Positions 9,221 to 19,411 of a stretch of 64,000 nucleotides of DNA are shown piece by piece (the stretch's first letter is position 1; every line of letters starts with the position of its first letter). The DNA lies in NCBI GenBank assembly GCA_003553525.1, contig PWEO01000127.1, positions 872 to 64,871 on the forward strand. Direction: 5' to 3'. The stretch comes from Clostridiaceae bacterium (GTDB lineage Bacteria; Bacillota; Clostridia; Peptostreptococcales; T1SED10-28). The notes under the pieces are model-generated. The model was given only the letters and a program-made list of their open reading frames with translations, did no database searches and was not told where the DNA came from. The position numbers and the translations under genes were made by a program.

Positions 9221-10631
9221 AGATACGAGCTATGAAGCGGTAATGAATCGACGTGGAGAAATTATGAAAAAAGCCGTAGGTATCGACTATGAGAGTTTTG
9301 AATTAGATGGTATAGCGTTTGATTATGAACAGATGATGCGTAAAACCGGGTACTCTTTAGAACAAGTGCAAAAAATTCAGCACTCAACAGGAGTAGGAAA
9401 TACTCCTTTGCTGGAGTTGAGAAATCTGACAGCATTAGCCAGAAAGTTTGCTAAGAAGGGTAAAGGAGCACGGATCTTTATTAAAGATGAAGCGTCCAAT
9501 CCATCGGGCAGTTACAAAGCAAGAAGAGCTTCCACATCCGTTTATCATGCAAAGAAAAACGGTTATAAAGGTGTTATAGCCGCTACTAGCGGGAATTACG
9601 GGGCTGCGGTGGCCTCCCAAGCCGCTATGCATGGTCTGGAGACTATCGTTATTCAGGAATGTTATGATTCCAGAGGGATAGGGCAACCGGAGATTATTGA
9701 AAAGGCCAGAAAGTGTGAAGCCTATGGAGCTGAAGTTGTTCAATTAACCGTAGGACCCGAGTTGTTTTATACATTTTTGACCACATTGGAAGACACCGGA
9801 TATTTCAATGCATCTTTATATACACCCTTTGGTATTGCAGGCGTCGAAACCTTAGGATATGAAATTGCTATGGATTTTCGAGAAAGGGAAGGAAAAGATC
9901 CCGATGCTGTAATTTGTACGAATGCAGGGGGCGGAAACTTAACCGGCACGGCTCGTGGACTACTGAAAGCTGGAGCGGAGAATACCCGAATCATAGGTGC
10001 CAGTGTAGATCTTTCAGGACTTCACATGGCCAGTGATAAGGAATTCAATCGAAAATCCTTTACCACAGGACATACAGGCTTTGGAATGCCCTACGCTACT
10101 TGGCCGGATCGCACCGACGTTCCCAGATCTGCGGCGAGGCCTCTTCGATACATGGATGAATACTATCTTGTCAGTCAAGGAGAAGTGTTTTTCATGACTG
10201 AAGCCTTGGCCCAAATTGAAGGACTGGAGCGAGGTCCTGCAGGGAATACATCCTTAGCGGTAGCCTTTAGTCTGGCTCAGGAAATGAATGAAGACCAAAC
10301 CATTGTAGTTCAGGAAACCGAATATACAGGGGCAGGAAAACACCTTCAGCCGCAGTTGTCCTTTGCCCGTGAAAATGGAATTGAGATTTTTCAAGGAAAC
10401 CCTGAAGAAGAGGTTCCGGGAAAGAATATCATTCTGCCATCGCATCCTGAACTAATTAAAGCTCGAACGGTAGACCTAGATAAAATGAGGATTTCCTACG
10501 TTAAAAACACAATAAAGAAAAATGCCGTAGAAAAAGTCTCGGATAATGAAATGAAATTTTTGCAAGAAGAAGTAAAATTGGACAAATTAAAATTAGAAGA
10601 GATTCTTCGGGATCTTAGTATTAAGTACTAG
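9207..10631 (+). CDS. ortB: 2-amino-4-ketopentanoate thiolase, beta subunit (PLP-dependent, Trp-synthase-beta fold)
   Basis: PLP-lysine context NPSGSYKARRA and the glycine-rich loop NAGGGNLTG. The likely start is ATG 9207 or 9213, coupled to the ortA stop. The ORF-track start at 9111 lies inside ortA. Confidence 0.88.
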   Translation: MKMHKDTSYEAVMNRRGEIMKKAVGIDYESFELDGIAFDYEQMMRKTGYSLEQVQKIQHSTGVGNTPLLELRNLTALARKFAKKGKGARIFIKDEASNPSGSYKARRASTSVYHAKKNGYKGVIAATSGNYGAAVASQAAMHGLETIVIQECYDSRGIGQPEIIEKARKCEAYGAEVVQLTVGPELFYTFLTTLEDTGYFNASLYTPFGIAGVETLGYEIAMDFREREGKDPDAVICTNAGGGNLTGTARGLLKAGAENTRIIGASVDLSGLHMASDKEFNRKSFTTGHTGFGMPYATWPDRTDVPRSAARPLRYMDEYYLVSQGEVFFMTEALAQIEGLERGPAGNTSLAVAFSLAQEMNEDQTIVVQETEYTGAGKHLQPQLSFARENGIEIFQGNPEEEVPGKNIILPSHPELIKARTVDLDKMRISYVKNTIKKNAVEKVSDNEMKFLQEEVKLDKLKLEEILRDLSIKY

Positions 10632-10654
10632 TAAATAATTTGGAGGTGCTATAA

Positions 10655-11020
10655 TTGAAAAGAGAAGATAATTTTCAAGAAAGAAGAGAACACTTAAAGA
10701 ATCTTAGCGAGGAAGAGTTGAAAGAAAAATTTTGGGAACTGGCGGAACAAATTGTGGACCCTATGATCGATTTAGCAAAAAAGAATACGACTCCATCCAT
10801 TGAGCGCTCAGTATTGCTTCGCATGGGCTTCTCAAGCATTGAAGCCAAGGCTATTGTAGAAGGAGTTATGGACCGGGGATTAATGGGTAAAGGCGCAGGT
10901 CATGTGGTATATAAGTTAGCAAAAGATAAAAACCTGAGCATTAGAGATGCGGGAATGAAGCTAATGGACAATGAATTATGGGATGATGCAGTAAAAATGT
11001 TTCGAGGAGGTCAGCAATAA
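10655..11020 (+). CDS. oraS: D-ornithine 4,5-aminomutase, small (S) subunit
   Basis: 121 aa with a TTG start 8 nt after GGAGG. The stop overlaps the oraE start (TAATG). Size and position match OraS. Confidence 0.9.
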   Translation: MKREDNFQERREHLKNLSEEELKEKFWELAEQIVDPMIDLAKKNTTPSIERSVLLRMGFSSIEAKAIVEGVMDRGLMGKGAGHVVYKLAKDKNLSIRDAGMKLMDNELWDDAVKMFRGGQQ

Positions 11021-13239
11021 TGGAATTAAAACCAAATGAGAAATTAAAAGTTGAAAATATTTTAAAAGACTTAGAAGACTATCGTCCTAAAAGAAAAGGC
11101 TGGGAATGGAGAAAACGAATTGAAAATCAGCAGATTGGACCTTTTATTTTCAATGACTGTTCTGCTCCCATGAAAAACAGTGTACCTTTGCCTTCCGCTA
11201 AGTATTTTGGAGATATTGACCCGCAACCGGATAATGTTATCACTACAGAAGTAGCTTCAGGACGATTTGAGGACGATATAAGACGAATGCGTATGGCTGC
11301 TTGGCATGGTGCGGACCATATTATGGTAATTCGTACTGCAGGGCAAAGCCATTTTGATGGCTTGATTGAAGGAACTCCCCAAGGAATCGGTGGAATCCCG
11401 ATTACTCGTAAACAAGTTCGTGCTCAACGAAAAGCTTTAGATATTATTGAAGAAGAAGTGGGAAGACCGTTGAACTACCATTCCTATATCAGTGGTGTAG
11501 CCGGACCGGAGATTGCGGTTATGTTTACGGAAGAAGGAGTAAATGGTGCTCACCAGGATCCCCAATATAATATTCTTTATCGGAATATTAATATGATACG
11601 ATCCATTGTAGATGCTGCAGAAGCCAAAAAATCCATGGTGCATGGAGGAATTGTACAAATTGATGGTGCCCATAATGCCAATGCCACTGCAAGAGAGGCC
11701 TGGAAGGTAATGCCGGAGCTAATGGTGCAGCATGCTATCAACTCCATGTTCTCTGTAAAAGTGGGAATGGACAAAAAAGATATTGCATTGTCTACAGTGC
11801 CACCTACAGCACCGCCAGCACCCTCTATGAAATTGGATTTACCTTATGCTCTTGCCCTTAGAGAACTTTTCTCTGAGTATAAAATGCGAGCTCAAATGAA
11901 TACTAAATACATTGAGTCCTCCACTAGGGAAGCAACCGTGACTCATGTGTTGAACTTGTTGATTTCCAAGTTAACCAGAGCAGAAATTCAATCAACGATT
12001 ACCCCCGATGAAGGGCGTAATGTGCCATGGCATAAATACAACATTGAAGCGGTAGATACGGCAAAACAAGCGCTTGTCGGCATGGACGGTTTAATGGAAA
12101 TGATCGACTTAAAACAAGATGGTTATCTGGTAGAAAAATCTCGAGAATTAAAAGAACGTGCCGTGCTCTTTATGGAAGAAGTATTGGAAACCGGAGGATA
12201 TTTTGAAGCGGTTCATAACGGATTTTTTGTAGATTCCGGAGAATATCCTGAACGAAACGGCGACGGAATCGCTCGGGATATCGAAAAAGGCATAGGCCAC
12301 GGGACGGTCTATGAAAGAGATGAAGACTATTTTGCACCGGTTACTGCCCACTTTGGTGATAATAATGTGGAACAATATGATCCCGACGCAAAGGATTCGC
12401 CATCAAAATTGATCGGAGGATGCACCTTTGAAAAACCGGAAAAAATCGTTTACATTGATGAACTAGATCCTAACGATAATGTAAACAACCGGATGGAAGA
12501 TAATAAAAGTTATAGAGAGACTACCAATGTCAGACCGGAAGTGGAGTGGTCCGGGGACGGAACGGTTATGGTAAACTTATTTTTACCTACTGAAAAGCGT
12601 GTTGCAGAATATGCTGCCATTGAAATCGGTAAGAAAATGGGCCTTCGAGATGTGGAAGTCATTCATCGGGAAGTTATGCAACCGGCGGAAGGAACCCGGG
12701 TGGAAATAAAAGGAAAAGTGGATTTTGACATTGATACCGCAACGTTGGAAATTCCACCGGAGCCGGAAGTGATGTCCTATGATGAACTTCGGGAAATAAT
12801 CGATAATAAACCGATGAAAGTTGTTGCAGGAACTGTGGGAGAAGACGAACATTCCGTTGGTCTACGGGAAATTATCGATATAAAACATGGCGGTATTGAA
12901 AAATACGGGATCGATGTAAATTATTTAGGAACCTCGGTGCCTATTGAAAAATTAGTAGATGCCGCTATTGAGATGAATGCTGATGCGATCCTGGCCTCAA
13001 CTATTATCAGTCATGATGAAACCCACTATAAAAACATGAAAAAAATAAACGACTTAGCCATAGAAAAAGGAATTCGAGACAAAATAACGATTATTGCCGG
13101 TGGTACCCAGGTTACTCCTGAGATTGCAGTAAAGCAAGGTGTGGATGCAGGATTTGGTCGGGGAACAACGGGTATGCAAGTTGCTACATTCCTCGTGAAG
13201 CACCGCGAAGAGCGATCGGAAAGAGAAAATGAAAATTAA
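11020..13239 (+). CDS. oraE: D-ornithine 4,5-aminomutase, large (E) subunit (PLP- and adenosylcobalamin-dependent)
   Basis: 739 aa with a C-terminal Rossmann-like B12-binding domain carrying the DxHxxG motif (EDEHSVG) and an N-terminal TIM-barrel part. Confidence 0.93.
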   Translation: MELKPNEKLKVENILKDLEDYRPKRKGWEWRKRIENQQIGPFIFNDCSAPMKNSVPLPSAKYFGDIDPQPDNVITTEVASGRFEDDIRRMRMAAWHGADHIMVIRTAGQSHFDGLIEGTPQGIGGIPITRKQVRAQRKALDIIEEEVGRPLNYHSYISGVAGPEIAVMFTEEGVNGAHQDPQYNILYRNINMIRSIVDAAEAKKSMVHGGIVQIDGAHNANATAREAWKVMPELMVQHAINSMFSVKVGMDKKDIALSTVPPTAPPAPSMKLDLPYALALRELFSEYKMRAQMNTKYIESSTREATVTHVLNLLISKLTRAEIQSTITPDEGRNVPWHKYNIEAVDTAKQALVGMDGLMEMIDLKQDGYLVEKSRELKERAVLFMEEVLETGGYFEAVHNGFFVDSGEYPERNGDGIARDIEKGIGHGTVYERDEDYFAPVTAHFGDNNVEQYDPDAKDSPSKLIGGCTFEKPEKIVYIDELDPNDNVNNRMEDNKSYRETTNVRPEVEWSGDGTVMVNLFLPTEKRVAEYAAIEIGKKMGLRDVEVIHREVMQPAEGTRVEIKGKVDFDIDTATLEIPPEPEVMSYDELREIIDNKPMKVVAGTVGEDEHSVGLREIIDIKHGGIEKYGIDVNYLGTSVPIEKLVDAAIEMNADAILASTIISHDETHYKNMKKINDLAIEKGIRDKITIIAGGTQVTPEIAVKQGVDAGFGRGTTGMQVATFLVKHREERSERENEN

Positions 13240-14614
13240 TGTATTAGTTGCTGAAATAGGTAGTACCACTACAGTAGTAAATGCTTTTCAAGGAGTAGAC
13301 AGCCCTTGTCCGATTTTTTTAGGACAGGGGCAACATCCCACCACCGTAAATGAAGGAGATGTAAATATAGGATTAGAAGGAGCTATAGAAGCTCTAAAAG
13401 AATCATTAAACGTCAATGAGATAGAATACGACGAAATGTTAGCAACGTCCAGTGCTGCAGGAGGACTGAAAATGACTGTCCACGGACTGGTATATGACAT
13501 GACGGTTCGTGCTGCAAAAGAGGCAGCCTTAGGGGCTGGTGCAAATATTCATATTATCACCGCCGGCAAACTCATGCGAGGGGATTTAAAAAAGATTCAG
13601 GAAATTAAGCCTAATATTATCTTGATCGCTGGTGGTGTTGATTATGGGGAAAGAGCCACGGCAATAGAAAATGCTGAAAAACTTGCAGCTCTCAATCTTA
13701 ATATTCCCATTATATATGCGGGGAATGTTGAGAATCAGGAAGAAATCCTAGAGGTTTTCAATGAAAAGAATTATTCCAATGTATTCTGTGTAGAAAATGT
13801 TTATCCAAAAATTGATGAACTCAATGTTGAGCCTACCAGAGCCGTTATACAGGATGTTTTTGAAGAGCATATTATCCATGCTCCAGGAATGGAGAGGATT
13901 AAAGAGATGATTAACGGTCCGATTATTCCTACTCCCGGTGCTGTGATGCAAGCTTCTAAGCTTTTAAAAGAAGATCTTGGAGATTTGATTACTTTTGATG
14001 TGGGAGGCGCAACAACGGATCTTCATTCCGTTACGGAAGGGAGTGAAGAAATTAATCGGATATTGATTAGTCCAGAACCCTTAGCAAAAAGAACTGTAGA
14101 AGGGGATCTTGGCGTTTATGTTAATATGAACAATATTGTTAATCTTATCGGGTCGGAAACTTTGAAGAAAGAATTATCCTTTGATATATCTACGATTATG
14201 GAGAACTATAAACCGATTCCGGAGTCAGAGAATGAAAAAACTTTTGTTGAAAGACTAGCCCTGGAAGCAGTAAAGGTTTCTCTTAATCGCCATGCAGGAA
14301 AACTTCGAAATCTATATGGAGCCAGTGGTAAAACCACCGTGGCGGAAGGAAAGGATCTTTCCAACATTCAATATATTATCGGAACTGGCGGCGCATTGAC
14401 CCGGTTACCCAATCGCATAAAACTCATTAAAAAAGCTATTGAGAAGCAAGATTCGAATTTGCTGGGACCAACCAAAGAAGCTAAGATACTAATTGATAAT
14501 CATTATATTATGGCTTCCTTAGGAGTACTATCAAAAGCCCATCCAAAGGCAGCTTTAGCGTTATTAAAAGAAAGTTTAGGACTTAAGGAGGCTTGTAATG
14601 AATCCAAGAATTGA
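13229..14614 (+). CDS. GlmL/MutL-like (glutamate mutase L family) ASKHA-fold protein, putative aminomutase reactivase/chaperone
   Basis: 461 aa with N-terminal AEIGSTTT and an internal DVGGATTD phosphate-binding motif of the actin/HSP70-like fold. It overlaps oraE by 11 nt and orr by 17 nt. Confidence 0.8.
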   Translation: MKINVLVAEIGSTTTVVNAFQGVDSPCPIFLGQGQHPTTVNEGDVNIGLEGAIEALKESLNVNEIEYDEMLATSSAAGGLKMTVHGLVYDMTVRAAKEAALGAGANIHIITAGKLMRGDLKKIQEIKPNIILIAGGVDYGERATAIENAEKLAALNLNIPIIYAGNVENQEEILEVFNEKNYSNVFCVENVYPKIDELNVEPTRAVIQDVFEEHIIHAPGMERIKEMINGPIIPTPGAVMQASKLLKEDLGDLITFDVGGATTDLHSVTEGSEEINRILISPEPLAKRTVEGDLGVYVNMNNIVNLIGSETLKKELSFDISTIMENYKPIPESENEKTFVERLALEAVKVSLNRHAGKLRNLYGASGKTTVAEGKDLSNIQYIIGTGGALTRLPNRIKLIKKAIEKQDSNLLGPTKEAKILIDNHYIMASLGVLSKAHPKAALALLKESLGLKEACNESKN

Positions 14615-15662
14615 GATAAATTACCCAAAACTGGTGCATAACACTAAAGTTTTACAGAACAAAGCAAAAGAGCATGGAATTGAACTTGCTGCAGTTACCA
14701 AGAGCTTTTGTGGAATTCCTGAAATCGCCCAGGGCTATATTGATGGCGGGGTGAAGTATTTAGCAGACTCCCGAGTCTCAAATTTGAAAAAACTTCAAAG
14801 ACTACCGATTCCCAAAGTTCTTCTTCGGATCCCCATGCTCACGGAAGTTCAGGAAGTTGTTGCATATGCTGACATCAGTCTAAACTCCGAAATGGTAACC
14901 ATCCGTAATTTAAATAAAAAAGCCATGGAGTTAGGGGTTAATCATAAAATTATCCTGATGGTGGATCTGGGAGATCTTCGTGAAGGGATCTTTGAAGAAG
15001 AGGAAGTTATTCAAGGAGCCAAGGATGTAGAGGGACTTTCCAATATCCTTCTTCATGGAATCGGTGTAAATTTAACCTGTTATGGTGGGGTAATACCCAG
15101 CGCAAAAAACTTATCCAAGTTGGAAGCTCTGGGAGGTATTATTGAAAAAGAAATCGGCAGAACATTGGAACTTTACAGCGGTGGGAACTCCAGCAGTATA
15201 TACCTATTGGATAAAAAAGGCATGCCGGAGAGAATCAACCACCTTAGGCTGGGAGAAGCGATCGTTTTGGGTACAGAAAGTGCATATGGAAAAAACATCG
15301 AAAATACCCATCAGGATATTTTTCAACTGGTAGCGGAAATTATTGAATTGAAAGAAAAGCCCTCTCTACCAATTGGAGACATTGGAATGGATGCCTTCGG
15401 TAACACTCCTTCTTTTGAGGATGAAGGAGTTCGTAAAAGAGCTATATTAGCAGTGGGACGTCAAGATATTGGAAGCTATGATGTTTACCCTGTGGAGGAG
15501 GGAATGAAAATACTTGGAGCAAGTAGTGACCACTTAATTCTGGATCTAACCGATGCTCATGGAGATTATGAAGTCGGTGACGAGATCCGTTTCAACCTTC
15601 GCTATGGTGCGCTTCTGTCTTTAATGACCAGTGAATATGTCACTAAAAAAATAATATATTAA
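14598..15662 (+). CDS. orr: ornithine racemase (alanine-racemase-fold PLP enzyme)
   Basis: 354 aa with the PLP-lysine context AAVTKSF. It is the last gene of the conserved ornithine cluster, and AAGGAGG lies upstream of the start. Confidence 0.85.
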   Translation: MNPRIEINYPKLVHNTKVLQNKAKEHGIELAAVTKSFCGIPEIAQGYIDGGVKYLADSRVSNLKKLQRLPIPKVLLRIPMLTEVQEVVAYADISLNSEMVTIRNLNKKAMELGVNHKIILMVDLGDLREGIFEEEEVIQGAKDVEGLSNILLHGIGVNLTCYGGVIPSAKNLSKLEALGGIIEKEIGRTLELYSGGNSSSIYLLDKKGMPERINHLRLGEAIVLGTESAYGKNIENTHQDIFQLVAEIIELKEKPSLPIGDIGMDAFGNTPSFEDEGVRKRAILAVGRQDIGSYDVYPVEEGMKILGASSDHLILDLTDAHGDYEVGDEIRFNLRYGALLSLMTSEYVTKKIIY

Positions 15663-15870
15663 ATAGTAAAAAGCACTATGATATATAATGCTCCTTTTAG
15701 TAGTTGATAGTATGACAAATCTAACTTCTACAATTAGGAGCATTTTTCCTATTTTATGAGCTAATCGCACCAGGATAAACTTTGATTAATTCCGGCGGAT
15801 AACTTATAATGAGAGATAGGGAATATCATAATTACATATTCTTAAAATCCATTATGAAAGGATGATTATA

Positions 15871-16896
15871 ATGAACGTAATCGATTTAAGAAGCGATACG
15901 GTAACAACTCCTACTAATAATATGTATCGGAAAATGCAAGTAGCCCCCTTAGGTGATGATGTTTATGGTGATGATCCATCTGTAAATAAATTAGAAGCCT
16001 TGGCTGCTGAAAAACTAGGTAAAGAAAAAGCATTATTTGTACCGACAGGCACCATGGGGAACCTTATTGCAGTAATGGCTCATACCCGACCGGGAGATGA
16101 AATAATTTTGGAAAGAAATAGCCACATATTTCTATACGAAGCTGCAGGAGCTTCTAGACTCGCTGGAGTTCAGCCCTTGACGATCAAAGGGATCGATGGA
16201 GTAATGGATCCAAAGGAAGTGGAAGAGAGCATTCGGGAAGAAAATATTCATTTTCCCGCCACTGGTTTGATCTGTGTAGAAAACACTCATAATATGGCCG
16301 GTGGTATGGTACAACCGGTGGAAAACCTTTATGAGCTCCGATCCATTGCAGACCGCCATAAGATTCCTATGCATCTGGATGGGGCAAGAGTATTTAATGC
16401 AGCAGCTGCCTTAGATTGTGATGTGAAAGAAATCGCAACACATTTTGATTCAACCATGTTCTGTTTATCAAAGGGACTAAGTTCCCCTGTGGGAAGCATG
16501 TTGGTAGGAGCAAAAGATTTCATCGATCGTGCTCGAAAGCTTAGGAAAATCCTAGGTGGTGGGATGCGACAAGCAGGAATTTTAGCCTCCTCTGGAATTT
16601 TATCTATTGAAAAGATGCCCCTCCAGCTTAAGATAGATCATGAAAATGCTCGAATCCTTTCAGAAGGACTAAATAAAATTTCTGGCTTTTCTGTGGATAT
16701 TGACAAAGTGCATACCAATATCATCAACTTATCCATAAAGGATAGAAATATTACTTCAGAAGGTTTGGTAAAGGAAATGAAAGCGAAAGGAATTCTAGCA
16801 AATCCAAGGGGGAAGGATTATATTCGTCTGGTGACACATAAAGACGTAAACTTTGAGAATATTTGCTATGCATTAAAAATATTCGAAACAATCTAA
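15871..16896 (+). CDS. ltaE: low-specificity L-threonine aldolase
   Basis: N-terminal DLRSDTVT motif and PLP-lysine context FCLSKGLSSPVGS. ATG 15871 is preferred over 15862 on RBS spacing. Confidence 0.9.
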   Translation: MNVIDLRSDTVTTPTNNMYRKMQVAPLGDDVYGDDPSVNKLEALAAEKLGKEKALFVPTGTMGNLIAVMAHTRPGDEIILERNSHIFLYEAAGASRLAGVQPLTIKGIDGVMDPKEVEESIREENIHFPATGLICVENTHNMAGGMVQPVENLYELRSIADRHKIPMHLDGARVFNAAAALDCDVKEIATHFDSTMFCLSKGLSSPVGSMLVGAKDFIDRARKLRKILGGGMRQAGILASSGILSIEKMPLQLKIDHENARILSEGLNKISGFSVDIDKVHTNIINLSIKDRNITSEGLVKEMKAKGILANPRGKDYIRLVTHKDVNFENICYALKIFETI

Positions 16897-16916
16897 GAAG
16901 GAGAACAAATTAATTA

Positions 16917-18065
16917 ATGGAAACAAGAAAATATTATTTAATTTATTTCTTCATTTATTTATCCTCTGCCAGTATTGTTTCATTAATGCCTGTATACTTA
17001 AATGAAAGTGTTAAAATGGAAGTATCGAAGGTCGCTTTTTTCATGTCCTTAATTCCTATCTTAAACATCTTATTTCAACCTGTTTGGGGTAGCATTGCGG
17101 ATCGACTAGGGAATAGAATCCTTGTGCTTAAATTTTTATTAATCATGACGGCTATACTGGCTTTTTTTATCGGAGTATCTGAAAACAAGATGTTAATCCT
17201 ATTACTTTTCTCACTTTACACTATTTTTATGTGTGGACAGGCACCAATAAAAGATTCTATAACCATGGGATATATTGCTACTGTTGAAGGGGCTTCTTTT
17301 GGGATAATAAGGACCTGGGGTGCTATTGGCTTTGCTATGGGAGCCTTTGGAGCCGGTTTTTTAGCTGATGTACTCGTTATAAATTGGATCTTCTACTTAG
17401 GATCCTTTGGTTTTTTTCTATCTTTGTTTTTTACTAATAATATTAAGAACATAAACGGGGATCTATCTAGAGATAAATATGGAGATGCAATAAAGGAATT
17501 AATTAGAAATAAAGTGTATATTTCCACATTGATGTACGGCTTTTTCTTTGTAGGAGCTTTTTTCAGCGCAGATCAATTTCATAGCCTGTTTGTCAGACAT
17601 AATGGCTTTAATATGACTATTGTGGGATTGTTATTATTTATTGCTGTATGTGTTGAAATTCCCTTTATGTTCTTTTCAAGAAAAATAATGATAAAATTTG
17701 GATTATTAAATTTAGTGTTTGCCATGGCAACAATAAGTGTAATAAGATTATTCTATTTGGGGATGAGCACCAGTTTAATAGATTTTTTAATAACAGGAAT
17801 ATTAAGAGGAATTTCCGTAGGTATATTGATACCTTTATCTATACAATTGATATCCACTATTACTAAACCGAAAGTGTTAAGTTCTGCTCTATCCATTTAC
17901 TCTTCAGCAACAGGAGGTATAGGAGTTGTTGTATTTACCTTGCTCGGCGGGATAATTATTGATCAATTTGACTATAGAGTTTTATTCTGGTTTTATGGAG
18001 TGACTCAAAGTGTGTTATTTATACCCTTATTGTTAAATATTAAAAAGCTTAAAAATTTGATTTAA
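16917..18065 (+). CDS. MFS transporter
   Basis: 382 aa, hydrophobic helices throughout, with the MFS loop motif GSIADRLGNR between the early helices. Confidence 0.8.
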   Translation: METRKYYLIYFFIYLSSASIVSLMPVYLNESVKMEVSKVAFFMSLIPILNILFQPVWGSIADRLGNRILVLKFLLIMTAILAFFIGVSENKMLILLLFSLYTIFMCGQAPIKDSITMGYIATVEGASFGIIRTWGAIGFAMGAFGAGFLADVLVINWIFYLGSFGFFLSLFFTNNIKNINGDLSRDKYGDAIKELIRNKVYISTLMYGFFFVGAFFSADQFHSLFVRHNGFNMTIVGLLLFIAVCVEIPFMFFSRKIMIKFGLLNLVFAMATISVIRLFYLGMSTSLIDFLITGILRGISVGILIPLSIQLISTITKPKVLSSALSIYSSATGGIGVVVFTLLGGIIIDQFDYRVLFWFYGVTQSVLFIPLLLNIKKLKNLI

Positions 18066-18077
18066 AGGAATGATATT

Positions 18078-19409
18078 ATGGATTTATTCGATATGGCTCA
18101 AGAAGAAAACTTAAAATCCTTAGCACCCTTAGCAGACCGGATTCGTCCTAAAACTCTGGAGCAAGTAGTAGGGCAGGAGCACTTATTAAAACCTGGGAAA
18201 TTTATTTACCGTTGCATTGCAGCAAAAAGAATTCCTTCGATGATTTTTTATGGACCTTCCGGTACGGGGAAAACCACATTAGCAAAAGTCATAGCCAATG
18301 AAGTGGAGATGAATTTCTATCAACTGAATGCGGTAACCTCGGGAGTAAAGGATATTCGTGAAGTTGTCGAAGTCGCTAAAAAAGCAATGACCTATGATAA
18401 TAAACCGAATTTACTTTTCATAGATGAGATTCATCGCTTCTCAAAGAATCAGCAGGACGCACTACTACCCTATGTGGAGGAAGGGGTTTTAACTCTAATT
18501 GGCGCAACAACTGAAAATCCTTATTTTGAGGTGAATAAAGCACTCTTATCTCGTAGCTCGGTTCTAAAGCTGGAGTCCCTTACCCATGAAAATACTAGAT
18601 TATTATTGGAAAGAACCTTAATGGATAAAAAAGACGGGCTTGGAAGGTACAATGTAAAAATTACCAAAGAGGCAATGGAACATTTAATTACCGCCTCGAT
18701 GGGGGACGGAAGAAGAGCATTAAATGCATTGGAGATCGCAGTCCTCAGTACCAAAGCCAATAGCGAAGGGATTATTGAAATAACTTTACCTATCGTAGAA
18801 GAGTCAACCCAGCAAAATGTGATTCAATACGATAAAGGAGGAGATCAGCACTATGATGTAATCTCCGCTTTCATCAAAAGTATACGGGGAAGCGATGCCG
18901 ATGCCGCGCTGCACTATTTAGCAAAGATGCTGATAGCCGGAGAGGCGATCGAGTTCATCGGCAGGCGACTGATCATTTTGGCGTCAGAAGATATCGGTAA
19001 TGCGGATCCAAGTGCTTTAAGCATGGCCGTGAATACCTATAAAGGTATTACCATCACCGGTATGCCCGAAGCAAAACTGATTCTTGCCCAATGTGTGACT
19101 TATCTTGCAACCGCTCCCAAAAGTAATGCTTCTTACACCGCTATAAATCAAGCCTTTGATGATATTAAAACCATTCATACGGAAGTACCTTTACATCTTC
19201 GCGACAGTCATTATGAATCAGCAAGCTCGCTGGGTCATGGAAATGACTATAAATATCCTCACAACTACAAGAACAATTACGTAGCACAACAATATTTGCC
19301 GGAAAGCATAAAAAACAAGTCCTATTACCATCCTACAAAAAATGGTCATGAGGCCGAAATACGAAAATATTTATCCGGCATTCATAAAGATTCCGACGAG
19401 AGGAAATAA
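18078..19409 (+). CDS. rarA: replication-associated recombination protein A (AAA+ ATPase)
   Basis: 443 aa with Walker A GPSGTGKTT, Walker B FIDEIHR and an MgsA-type C-terminal domain. Confidence 0.93.
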   Translation: MDLFDMAQEENLKSLAPLADRIRPKTLEQVVGQEHLLKPGKFIYRCIAAKRIPSMIFYGPSGTGKTTLAKVIANEVEMNFYQLNAVTSGVKDIREVVEVAKKAMTYDNKPNLLFIDEIHRFSKNQQDALLPYVEEGVLTLIGATTENPYFEVNKALLSRSSVLKLESLTHENTRLLLERTLMDKKDGLGRYNVKITKEAMEHLITASMGDGRRALNALEIAVLSTKANSEGIIEITLPIVEESTQQNVIQYDKGGDQHYDVISAFIKSIRGSDADAALHYLAKMLIAGEAIEFIGRRLIILASEDIGNADPSALSMAVNTYKGITITGMPEAKLILAQCVTYLATAPKSNASYTAINQAFDDIKTIHTEVPLHLRDSHYESASSLGHGNDYKYPHNYKNNYVAQQYLPESIKNKSYYHPTKNGHEAEIRKYLSGIHKDSDERK

Positions 19410-19411
19410 TC

